Positions 1 to 12,115 of a stretch of 64,000 bases of DNA are shown in pieces. Made by a program: the position numbers and the translations under genes. The stretch comes from the human T2T-CHM13v2.0 reference genome, Homo sapiens, in assembly GCF_009914755.1 (NCBI RefSeq), contig NC_060926.1; one strand, given 5' to 3'. Within the stretch, counting starts at the first letter, position 1, and each line of letters begins with the position of its first letter. Below the pieces are notes generated by a model that had not been told where the DNA came from, ran no database searches, and was given only the letters and a program-made list of their open reading frames with translations.

Positions 1-557
1 AAACTATAAGAGTTTTTAAGGATTTGCAATATAATATGGCTTAATTATTTTATTAAATATTTAACTTGAAAAACACCTTAACTTATATTTGTAATTAAAA
101 TATTTCTGTTGTTAAAAGTTTGTAACAATTTTGTGCAAAAAAAAATTTAAAAAATTTTGTTTTAATGTATGTGATATCTTGACATTTTTCATTTTGCTTA
201 TTTTTAAAAGAAATTACAAATTCTACAGTCTGCATTATAATTTATATTTGTCTATTTAATCAGCAACATAATTATTTATACAGACAATAAATGTCTAAAA
301 TTAATTTATTTTACATAATCATTAAAAATGACAGCATATAATTTTTAAATTTGTCTTCATTTCTGTAAGATATTTCTCCATATTTATTAGTAATTTGTTT
401 AGCATAATTTAATAATGAGATGTGGACATATATTTACCGAAACTCAAAATTTCCTCAATTTTTTGTAGAAAACACATAGCTTAGTAATCACCGTCATTGT
501 ATCATTTTTTAATATGGAGGCTGAAATAATTTGCAGGTATAAAATATACTGCTTCAT

Positions 558-842
<285 letters not shown>

Positions 843-1812
843 TATATATAAATATATACATAAATATATATATATAAATATAGACATAAATATATATATA
901 TAAATATAGACATAAATATATATGCATAAATATATATATGCATAAATATATATAAAAATATATATAAATATATACATAAATATATATAAATATATACAAA
1001 AATATATATAAATATATAAAAAAATATATAAATATATATACACATATATAAATATATATACATACATATATAAACATATATACATAAATATATATGTATA
1101 AATATATATACACATAAATATATGTATGAATATATATACATAAATATATATGTATAAATATATATACATAAATATATAAAGATATATACATAAATATATA
1201 TAAATATATATACATAAATATATATAAATATATATAAATAGATATATAAATATATATATAAATATATAAATATATAAATATATATATAAATATATAAATA
1301 TATAAAAATAGATATATAAATATATATATAAATATATAAATATATATATAAATATATATAAATATATAAATATATATATAAATATATATAAATATATAAA
1401 TATATATAAATATATAAATATATATATAAATATATATAAATATATAAATATATATAAATATATATAAATATATAAATATATATATAAATATATATAAATA
1501 TATAAATATATATATAAATATATAAATATATAAATATATATATAAATATATAAATATATATAAATATATATAAATATATAAATATATATAAATATATATA
1601 AATATATAAATATATATAAATATATATAAATATATAAATATATATAAATATATATAAATATATATAAATATATAAATATATATAAATATATATAAATATA
1701 TATAAATATATAAATATATATAAATATATATAAATATATATAAATATATAAATATATATATAAATATAAATATATATAAATATATAAATATATATATAAA
1801 TATATATATATA
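843..1812. repeat. AT-rich tandem array, (TA)nAAA-type units of 8-12 bp, in the Alu tail position
   Basis: About 970 bp of TATATAAA/TATATATAAA units, with C/G variants (TACATAAA, TAGACATAAA, TGTATAAA) mostly in the first third. Confidence 0.98.
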
Positions 1813-2183
1813 CTGTTTCATTTATATCTGCTATATATGAGACTGTTTTCCAAGTTACATGTCAAGGCAAAGTTAAGATCTTAATGACATTTATAAGAAA
1901 TTTTTAACATGAACTTTAGAATTCAATAAAATAAAGCTTTTTTTCACCACCCTACATAAACACAATCATGTGATTTTTTTTCTATGAAAGTGTTTCTCAT
2001 TTGAGATGAATAAGAAAGTATTAAGAAAGGGAATGAAAATCTGTACAGTCAAGAAAAGAATCGTTTTATTAGCTACAAAATATACAAAATATCATATTCA
2101 GAAAAACTTTTATCATTTTTAATTATGTTGGAAACCTAAATGTCATGTTCAGTGATAAAAGGTAGAAAAGCAAAGCAGCTCGC

Positions 2184-2473
2184 TGTGATTTTGATTTGCA
2201 TTTCTCTAATGACCAGTGATGATGAGCTTTTTTTCATATGTTTCTTGGCCACATAAATGTCTTCTTTTGAGAAGTGTCTGTTCATATCCTTTGCCCACTT
2301 TTTGATCGGGTTTTTTTTTTCTTGTAAATTTGTTTAAGTTCCTTGTAGATTCTGGATATTAGCCCTTTGTCAGATGGATAGATTGCAAAAATTTTCTTCC
2401 CATTCTGTAGGTTGTCTGTTCACTCTGATGATAGTTTCTTTTGCTGTGCAGAAGCTTTTTAGTTTAATTAGAT
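2184..2473 (-). mobile_element. L1PA ORF2 fragment, inverted 5' segment of a twin-primed insertion
   Basis: Antisense L1 text TTGATTTGCATTTCTCTAATGACCAGTGATGATGAGC...GAAGCTTTTTAGTTTAATTAGAT. Confidence 0.93.
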
Positions 2474-3176
2474 ACCATCACATGCCAGTTAGAATGGCAA
2501 TCATTAAAAAGTCAGGAAATAACAGATGCTGGGGAGAATGTGGAGCAATAGGAACACTTTTATACTGTTGGAGGGAGTATAAATTAGTTCAACTATGTGG
2601 AAGACAGTGTGGCGATTCCTCAAGGGTCTAGAACCAGAAATACTATTTGACCCAGCAATCTTATTACTGCGTATATACCCAAAGGATTATAAATCATTCT
2701 ATTATAAAGAAACGTGCACACGTATGTTTATTGCAGCACTGTTCACAATAGCAAAGACTTGGAACCAACCCAAATGCCCTTCAATAATAGACTGGATAAA
2801 GAAAATGTGGCACATGTACACCATGGAATACTATGCAGCCATAAAAAATAACACGTTCATGTCCTTTGCAGCGACATGGATGAAGCTGGAAGCCATCATT
2901 CTCAGCAAACTAACAAAAGAACAGAAAACCAAACGCCACATGTTCTCACTCGTAAGTGGGAGTTGAACAATGAGAACACATGGACACATGTAGGGGAACA
3001 TCACACACCAGGGCCTGTCAGTGCGCTAGGCAAGGGATAGCATTAGGAGAAATACCTAATATAGGTTGATGGGTGCAGCAAACCACCATGGCATGTGTAT
3101 ACCTATGTAACAAACCTGCATGTTCTGCACATGTATCCCAGAACTTTAAGTATAATAAAAGAAAAAAACAACAAAA
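2470..3176 (+). mobile_element. L1PA (L1PA7/8-like) end of ORF2, 3' UTR and A-tail
   Basis: Translates to L1 ORF2 C-terminus ([10 protein letters not shown]...TWNQPKCPS...HMFSLVSGS); 3' UTR CAAACCACCATGGCATGTGTATACCTATGTAACAAACCTGC, then AATAAA and A-tail. Confidence 0.96.
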
Positions 3177-3289
3177 AGAAAAGCAGCAGGTTACTTGTGC
3201 AACATTTATTATTAAGGCAAGTACATTTTAAAATGTGAGAAGCATAAATGGAAAAAGTAAATTAGCTTGATGACAGAATCCCACATAAC

Positions 3290-3577
3290 CACACCTTCAA
3301 TCCCAACAGTTTGGGGGGCCTTCAATCCCAACACAGGCTGATCGCCTGAGGTCGGGAGTTCGAGACCAGCCTGACCGACATGGAGAAACCCCGTCTCTAC
3401 TAAAAATACAAAAATTAGCTGGGAGTGGTGGCACATTCCTGTAATTACAGCTACTCCAGAGGCTGAGGCAGGAGAATCGCTTGAACCCGGGAGATAGGGT
3501 TTGCGGTGAGCCGAGATTGTGCCACTGCACTTCAGCCTCGGCGACAAGAGCAAAACAAAAACAACAAACAAACAAAA
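3290..3577 (+). mobile_element. Alu (AluSp-like), 5' end altered by a small duplication
   Basis: GAGGTCGGGAGTTCGAGACCAGCCTGACC.ACATGGAGAAACCCCG; A/C-rich tail. Confidence 0.93.
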
Positions 3578-4899
3578 CCCAATTTTCTAGATATTATCTA
3601 GCTCGCTTCTAAAATACTTTCCAGGTAACTATGTGCTTAGTCCTCTATTATTATAAAAGGCAATTATCCGAAGAAGCACATATGTCTAATAGAATGTAGC
3701 TGATTGGGTGAGTGTAAGAGTGTATTTAGGTTCACTTTTATTTAAGAACTTATATTACATTTTTGGAAATTTACATGATTGCATAGCTTTCCTTTATCCA
3801 GTATGCGCAACTCAATATCCTTGATGAGATTTATAGTTTGGACCACTTCGATATTCTTTCCTGTAAATTACTTCACCTTCTATTTTGCATCACTCAGGAG
3901 ACTGCATGTCGAACACAATGCTCTGATAACTGTGTGACCTGTATTCAACACAGTGGAAATTTGACTGCACAATTACAACACTTTCCCTGTGTGCACATCC
4001 TATGATTGACTTAATCCCAAAACCATAATGTGGTCAAAAAGCATTATAGGTCTCTCTCCTTGCATGATCAACATGCGAGCCACCATGATTTGGTAGTAGC
4101 TGACATATAGAGTCATAATTTTGATCCCTGAAGGAGGTGTTTTAGACAACCCTTGGCTTGATTCCCTCCCCAGGTCAGCACTCTTGAACTGGGGGCTCTC
4201 ACTGCTTTGGTGAGATGTGGCAGGTGGCGAAGACAGTGTGATGATGAAGCAATGGCGTGTGTGACTCAAGGCAGGTGTGAAGGCAGTGCCATGCGTCTAT
4301 GCTGAGGAAGCTCAGGCCATCCCAGGATATTTAAGCCTGTGGGCACTTTCTCCATTTTCTGGCCTCTCAAGGAGAAGCCCCTCTCAAGCCCCATGAGTAA
4401 AAATGACATAAGCCTGTATTTCCCACTCATGACAAACTTAGTTTCCAAACAGGGGTAATGATTTATCTTACTAATTTTTAATTTCCCTTCTGCTCCTTTG
4501 TATTCCTGAGTTTGTTTCTGAATTTAAATATTATGAAATTATTTCATCAAATGCTGAATTATTATTTGTTTAATTATAATAATGACACTAAACTCTCCAA
4601 ACACAGTTTTAGACATAAATATACATAATTAGGTATAATATTAGAAAATGTATCTTATAAAATATATTTATGAACCAAACTGTATTCCCAAGTAATGAAG
4701 TAGTATAAGATTTTGTTTACAGAGATGACTGGTTAGAAGTAAAACATTATGCAAATGTGTGTATGCATGTCTTGGGTGTGTGGACAGAGAGAGATTGATT
4801 TGATTAAAGAGGGCAAAATGCCAATTTCAGAAGGTGCTCTGAAGCACCACTCTCCAAGTTCATGCTCTCATTATCTCTCTCTTCCTCTTTCTATCTTTC

Positions 4900-5330
4900 C
4901 TCTCTCCTTGCTCCAGTTTCTCTTGCATACTTCTGCCACAGTGCCCTTTTTAAATTCAAATTTGATCTTGTTTCTCTCATGCTCAAGGTCTTTCAGGATA
5001 AAGTAACACTTTCTCAGCAGGCTTCTGCCTCACTTCAGCCATTCCTGGCTTATACACTCTTTTTCTGGCCAGCCCTGGCTCCCCACTGTGCCAGAGCACG
5101 GATCATCTTGAGCATTTGCCTGTGTGGTTGCTCTGTCCCACCCTTGTCACTGCATTCTTGGTCACTTTGTCCCTGGTGCTGCCATGACACTTGCCTTGCT
5201 GAATTGCAGTGATTTGCATCTTGTTCTCATTTGTCTCCTCCCTTAGAGAATGTGCTTCCTGGGCCAAAGTCCTTTGATTTTTATACTTCTGTTCTCAGGG
5301 TCTGGGGTTAGTAAGTGCTCATTAACGTAA
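4900..5330. mobile_element. L2 3'-end relics
   Basis: Pyrimidine-rich degenerate L2-like text ending TAGTAAGTGCTCATTAA. Confidence 0.5.
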
Positions 5331-5679
5331 ATAAAATAAAATAAAAAATAAAAAGACTGATTTAAATACTTGGAAAATATGTTCCAGATAAAGAAAATAA
5401 TATGTTCAATATAAATCAAGAAACAAAAATTTATTCTCAGAAAAATCTTTTTAAAAGTTTTTTCTGAAAACTTGAATCAGTCCTTGACAGAGATGGTCTA
5501 AGCTTTATGAGCAACTTTTTCTACAGCTGATTTCCATTTTTGATCTCGAGAATGTTCACTTTGCTCTCTTTGACTTTTTGACTTTTGGGAATGTGACTTT
5601 CTCAGGTAAATACTATATTTAGTACCGAGGATATAGAAACTCCATTGTAAAATTACTTAGTAACATGCACAGAAGAAGT

Positions 5680-6042
5680 TGGTATAGACTGAATGTTTTT
5701 GTCCCCCAGGAATTCATATGTTGAAATCTTCACCCCCCTGAGGTAATGTATTAGGAAGTGGGGCCTTTGGGAAATAATTAGCTCATGAAAACTGAACTCA
5801 GGAATGGGATTAGTGCACTCATAAAAGATATCCTACAGAGCCCTCTCACCCCTTCTACCTGAGAGGACACAACAAGAAGGCACCACCTATAAACCAGAAA
5901 GTGGGCCCTCACCACGCAGTGAATCTGCCAGTGCCTTGATCTTGGACTTTACAGCCTCCAGAACTGAGATAAAAAAATTTCTGTGGTTTATAAACCATTG
6001 GCTCTATGGTATTTTGTCTCAGCAGCCTGAACAGACTAAGAA
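5680..6042 (+). mobile_element. MaLR LTR (MLT1A0-like), solo
   Basis: AATTCATATGTTGAAATC...GGGGCCTTTGGGAAATAATTAG...CCTTGATCTTGGACTT..CAGCCTCCAGAACTG...AGACTAAGA. Confidence 0.88.
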
Positions 6043-6954
6043 ACAGGCTATCAATAAATATTGTTTTACAAAGAAATGGAGGAGTAGACAGAATCCATAC
6101 TGTGGATGCAGCTGATGAGGCAGGCATTTCTACTCAAGGGCAGGACAATGCAAAGCAATGAACCTCTCCTTCCTTCTCTTTCGATGATACTATTGAAAAC
6201 CCATCCAGGCTGGCCTGGAAACAAGTGAAACGTAGCAAGGAGGTGAGCTGTGGCACAGAACAATAGGGCTGTAGGGGACAGAGTTGTTTCATAATGTGTC
6301 TTCTAGAAGGGCAAGAGTCCTCATGGCCAAGTAAAAGTCATCTGTAATGGGATGTCAATAGTTTGTGGACTTCTTGTTATTGTATTTGAAGAACATTCAA
6401 AAGAGGCTTTTGAGTTACTCAAACAGAAGAAGGTCACTTTCGTGATGGATAATCTCATGGCATTAAGAACATCACAGTTTTAGTCTAAGACACTGGCTGA
6501 AAAAAATAGGAGGAAGTGGTCAATCCATTCAGAGGCTTTGTGCCATAGGATTTTTAGGACTCGGATCTTATATTTTATAAACTACTTTTTGATAGTCCTA
6601 AAGGACAACCTGATCTAGCCATTCTAAGCTGTATGTGAAATAAAGAGAAAAACAGCTCCTGGGAAGAGATGTTCCCTGATGGTTTAGAAGAAGCCAAATT
6701 AGAAATCAGAAAGATTATACATAGACCTTTAAAGAACAAGGACTTCTCCCTCTAGTTTCCTCTCTAGTTCATCCAATTCACAAAAAATGAAAAGATGTCT
6801 GCTTCTCCACTTTACCTCAAGCAGATCATTTTCCCTCTAAATATCAGTAAAATCCCAGCATGAAATAAATGAATTTGAATTTACAATAGCTCCGTGAACC
6901 GGTGCAGGGTCAGATGCTGACACAATGGTGGAGGGGCGCTGATGCCGAACTTAC

Positions 6955-6993
6955 GGATAATACTGTCACCTGGTGTATGTGTTGACTTTGAGA
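6955..6993 (-). other. Candidate 39-nt internal exon (alternative acceptor at 7009)
   Basis: Minus strand: pyrimidine-rich tract without AG over about 7075-7012, ctctcatcag|TCTCAAAG...TATTATCC|gtaagt; CpG locally retained. Confidence 0.4.
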
Positions 6994-7632
6994 CTGATGA
7001 GAGGGCAGCCTCGGATATGTCAAAGAGGATGGCAATAATAAAAAGTAACAGGAGCACATAAGAGAGTTGAGGAAAAGCTAAAAACACAACTGCTGTACAG
7101 TGACATAGGGCATAGGCGTCTTGCATTTTGACCCATTAGAGTTATTGCAATGCTGATCTGAGGCATGTATGCACATAGAGACAAGGAACAAATTGGAGTT
7201 GGCAAGAAGTTCACCTTGCTCACCTCTAAAACTCCAACAAAAGGAATTGAAAGGCTGGGGCTCACAACTTATTAAAGACACTATATTGAAAAGGATTTGC
7301 CTCAGTCACCCAGGGACTTGCCTGAAAACAGCACCTAGACAGCAGGATCTTAGGACTCAAGACAATGGGAAATGTACAATTGATCTTAGGTTATAAACAA
7401 AGGCTTTTGTATTTAATGAGTATCGATTCTTTTGAGCATGGAAAAGTCTCAGTAATTCAAAAAATATATATTTTAGCATTTGAATTATGTAGGAAAGAGA
7501 TGTGAGCTGAGGTTTACCTTCTAACTCTTTATAAATGAGAGTACAAGGAAAGGGAATACTTGAAATACTTAAAGGAACAAACCATTTCCAAATATCCTAA
7601 AGCACTTTGCACTCATTCTCATTTTTAAAAAG

Positions 7633-7692
7633 TATATGCAAATTGCAAATAAGTTTTAACCATATATGCAAATTGCAAATAACTTTTAACCA
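7633..7692. repeat. 30-bp tandem duplication
   Basis: tatatgcaaattgcaaataa(g/c)ttttaacca twice, one mismatch. Confidence 0.95.
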
Positions 7693-7704
7693 TTTATTAC
7701 CTAG

Positions 7705-8030
<326 letters not shown>

Positions 8031-8366
8031 AACAATTTCTTTAGGAAAAAAAAATGTTGCCCTATTTTAGGATAGTGCAAATAACTTGAAAATACTACTA
8101 CTTTAATTCAATTTCATATTAGAACTATTAATTGGCTTAGGTTGGCTTCCTCTAATTGGTTGAAGATACTAATTTTACTATTTAAGAAACAGTTCATACC
8201 TTTTTCATAATTTTTGCAAGCTTATACGTGGAGGGAGCTTTTGAAACAGAAAAGGAGTCAGTGGCATTTTCTTCTCTTTCTCTAAAAAAAAGACGAGTTA
8301 TTTCCAAATTTCTAAATACCTCCTGTCTGTTTTTTAGAGAAAGAGAAGAAAACACCATTGTGTTTT

Positions 8367-8535
8367 TTTGTTTTGTTTTTTTTTTTTTTTTGAGACGGAG
8401 TTTCGCTCTGTCGCCCAGGCTGGAGAGCAGTGGCGCGATCTGGGCTCACTGCAAGCTCTGCCTCCCGGGTTCACAGTCCTGCCTCAGCCTCCCGAGTAGC
8501 TGGGACTATAGGTGCCCGCCACCACGCCTGGCTAA
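8367..8535 (-). mobile_element. 5'-truncated Alu (right arm only, AluY-like)
   Basis: Right monomer only; flanking TSD aaaacacca(t/c)tg(t/g)gtttt at 8349-8366 and 8536-8553. Confidence 0.93.
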
Positions 8536-9303
8536 AAAACACCACTGGGTTTTAAAGCATTAAGCATTGAGTTGAATGCTTTAAAATAACTAGCGGGAGG
8601 ACAAGAGGAATAAAGAATTTTTACTGTTTGTCTGATAAAGGTAGACTTTTCCTAAGTATATGTCCTGGTATATTCAAGCATGTGGGCTTCCCTGGTAGAA
8701 TGGTTATATTCCAATACTTCAGATAGATAGAGAAAATCATGATTAGCTTCCATGAGAAAAAGGTCCATCAAAGTTACAAACCTAACAACAATAACATAAA
8801 ACTATTTACTTCCCAATTTCTCTTGCACCAGTCAGTACCTCAAACCTTAGCACTTCATGACTGGACTATTAAAAGTACTCAGTTGATCTTTTGTGCTCTT
8901 GAGTCTAGATTGTCTTCAAGCATCACCTTCATCACATCCCTGTCCTGTGCAAAGGACTTCCCCAGCCTGAGACCCTCAGCCCCTTACAAATCAGACCCTG
9001 CAGGATCTAAGCCCTGCCCTTTCATACTCACTGCTCCCAACAGAGTCCTTGTAGTTCAGGACAACTACTCAGGGTTCTTGAGTAGACTTCTCTCCATAAT
9101 TTACACTTGCTCCAGGGCAAATACACAATATGCACACTATATATAGAACACTATATGCTTAAAAGGAAGATGGAATGATCTGGGGTAAAGGGAGTATTTT
9201 AAAACATATGAGATTTCATAGTATCTCCAATTATTATCTCTATGGCTTTGTTGGGAAAAAGAACAAGCAAACATAAAAAATGTATCTTTGGCTATAAGAA
9301 ATA

Positions 9304-9305
<2 letters not shown>

Positions 9306-9337
<32 letters not shown>
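9306..9337. repeat. (GT)16 microsatellite
   Basis: Direct reading. Confidence 0.98.
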
Positions 9338-9340
<3 letters not shown>

Positions 9341-10494
9341 ATTTCATTTTGTTCATTAAAAGTTTCCTGGAGAAAAACAGTAATATATGTGTTGACAGTT
9401 ATGAAAAATTCTCATGTTTAGTATTCTTATGCACTATTATGAGGTGGGTTATGGGCATAATGAGGAAAACCTAACTAGTAGGCTGAGCTTATTCTTCTTG
9501 TCTAAATTATTAAAGGAGATACTCCTTATGGTTCATTGCCTGCATTATTCTTTCTTTTGTGGCAGGAACTGAATATCTTGAGTTCTCATCTGGTCGGTAA
9601 TAATCCACATACCCATCATCATCTCTTATCCAGCACATGGGCAAATTTTACATGATTATGTTATGGAGGAAGCTCACAAGAGCATGTATGTTGTACCTAC
9701 TGAAGCGGGGGTGAAGCCGAGGAGGCACCTCGCATGGTATAAAAAAGGCTAAGCTGGCGTATTCTTATAAGTTATACTAAAATTCTTTATTTCTTGACCC
9801 TGACACTAACTAGTTGTATAAAAGAAGGTAAGTTATTTACTGTATCAATCAGATTTTTCTTTGAAGAAGATTATAACCCTTTTGAATTTATGATATTAGA
9901 AGGTAGATAGGTCATATAATTTAAAGCTATTAACTTCATACATTCAAAGTAATTCTGAAAATGTCTACATTCTTTAATCTTATTTAGAACTGATGTTCCC
10001 TCAATTGCACTGAGTATATCAAAGAACTTATTTTTTTTTTCCTCCTTTTGACCTGGAGCTCTCTCCTTAAGAAATCTTGATATTGCTGATCTCGGTGAAG
10101 AATGTTGTCAGCTTTAAACTCATTCTATATGTTTCAAATAAAATCATTTGAAGTTAAGTGCAATGTAAATTTTTTAACTCCCTGTCACTAATTTAAAAGA
10201 AAAACAAAACAAAAAAAAGATTAGAAAAAGAATCTAGAGAAATGCAAGAAATAAAAAAGATGTGAGAATCAAGGGCATTTTAAATAGCAGAAAGTAGTCC
10301 CAAATGTACGTTACTGGAAGGGGACTAGCTAATGGGTTTTTAAGTGCTTATTTAACAAATGCCATAAATATAAGGACTTAAGTAACAAAAAAGAGAATTT
10401 ATACTAAAGCAGCCATAACAAGCTGAAGTTAATTCATCACAACTTTCACATAGGCTTTTGTAGGCAGTTGGCCAGGCCCAGCACATTATCTATT

Positions 10495-10556
10495 TGACTC
10501 ACTGAGTCACTGCAGCTAATGGAATTTAGCCCCATGTTTGTTGTTGCCATGGTGAT
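10495..10556. promoter_or_regulatory. Candidate enhancer: inverted pair of AP-1 sites plus RFX X-box-like motif
   Basis: TGACTCA-C-TGAGTCA at 10495-10509; GTTGCCATGGTGAT at 10543-10556 (X-box consensus GTTGCCATGGCAAC). Confidence 0.45.
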
Positions 10557-10920
10557 GCGATATTCTCAGGCATGTCATGTTCACAGATCAGTAGCAGCAG
10601 CACGGTTGCAGACACACAACTGCTCTCAGCCTTTGACCATCAACAGGAATTCACTCTGCAGTTGGTCTGCCAGGAAGGAAGTCGGCTCAGGGGAAGGAGC
10701 TCTGGGCTGAGGAGAGGGCCCTTCCTTCTTCCTTTGTCATCGCAGTGCTATTATCATTAAAATAACCTTGAATTTTCATGAATTCGCTCATTCACAAACA
10801 CTGTCAAAGAAGGTGCAAGAGTTCAAGAGAATCCGGAGGGTCAAAGAGAGGACTAGTTTTAAATCTGTGCCTATTGAACCTGGAAATGACATCGTCTGTT
10901 ACATATAATCTTATTCTTAC

Positions 10921-11022
10921 CATAGCAAATCAAATCGTGCTGACTGGCACCAACGTCCAAGGCGATTCAGCACCATGAAAGGTTACTGGGAGCAAAAGGG
11001 TCATATCTTTTGTGGCACCGCT
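10921..11022 (-). other. Candidate 102-nt exon ending in ATG
   Basis: Minus strand tgtctatttctcag|AGCGGTGCC...TTTGCTATG|gtaaga: good acceptor and strong donor; unique sequence with retained CpGs. Confidence 0.55.
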
Positions 11023-11560
11023 CTGAGAAATAGACACAGACATGTGTGGGAATATTCTACAAAGAATAGATTTCTCCCCAAAGTGAAAAGCAAATCCTGC
11101 CAGCAATCTATAAAGGGAGTGGGTATTCTATGCTATAGATATGTTCAGATTTCAAACCAAAGATATAATTTTGAGCTTTTCAAGATATAAAATGCTTGAG
11201 CAAGACACAGGTCTTGTGCAAGATGTTCTAATTTGTATACAAGAAGTGATAAAGAGTAAAAACAAGATGAATTTCCTGGAAAGTATTTTTGCCAGTTGGA
11301 AATATGCTTTTATTGCATTATAATTTCCATGAGGGGTGAAATACGCAAGTAAAGCAGGCGAACTTAAAGACACTTCTGTAAACATTTGTCTATAACTCTA
11401 GGCCCTAATGCAAGGTCTGCAGTTAGTGATAACAACACAGCTTCACATTTCCTCAGGATCTTCTTTTATGCCGGGCTTGTACTGCTGGTCTAGAACACCT
11501 CAATAACGACTCCCTAAGCTTCATGGGGAATTGCTGAGGAATTTGGTTCTGGATACATAC

Positions 11561-11750
11561 CTCAGAGGTGAAACCTGAAATCCAAACCAAGACTTCCAGA
11601 GTTAGTATTTTAGTTTTGCATTTAATTTCTGGGTACATGGGGCAGGATGATCAGGTTGGGGAGACTGGGGAAGTGAGGGTGGTGGCTTCTTAATTATTTT
11701 TGCTTTTCTTCTAGCACAGCAGTGAGAGGATATTACGTTGCAGAATTTGG
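11561..11750 (-). other. Candidate first/upstream exon (5' boundary unknown)
   Basis: Minus-strand donor TCTGAG|gtatgt at 11561/11560, about 540 bp upstream of the next acceptor; E-box CACGTG at 11899-11904. Confidence 0.35.
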
Positions 11751-12115
11751 TCAGAATATGAAGTTTGGAAGACCCTATATTCCTGCAGATCCTTGGATTG
11801 AGGTTAATTCGAGAGCAAGCCGTGAGTGAGGTAGCCTTTATTACTCATCATGTGTTTAAGAATGATGCAATGAGGCTTTGTTCTCTGCCTATCTGAATCA
11901 CGTGGCCCAAGCAAGAGATATCTATTGAAATAGCAGATAGTAGTGTCATTCCATTATAATTACCATTATTTGAGCTTCAGAGAAGTGGCATTGAATAACT
12001 CAATTGGAGAATATGCAAGTAAAATTAACAAAACCGTACACTATTAAAAAATGACTTGGTAGATTTCTTCCAGAAAACTTAGAAAACAGAATCTCATAGC
12101 TCTCTGCATACTTTA

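Noticed and set aside
2374-2966. ORFs resembling reverse-transcriptase-element protein
   Set aside because: Fragments of a truncated, inverted L1 ORF2; not a functional gene
6927-6941. CTCF-like ending GAGGGGCGC
   Set aside because: The 5' half (CCAC/CCAG) of the motif is missing
6881-7126. 81-aa ORF with a hydrophobic stretch
   Set aside because: The hydrophobic part is the translated polypyrimidine tract; no recognisable family
10966-10986. REST/RE1-like TTCAGCACCATG
   Set aside because: Only the left half-site matches; the right half GGACAGCGCC is absent
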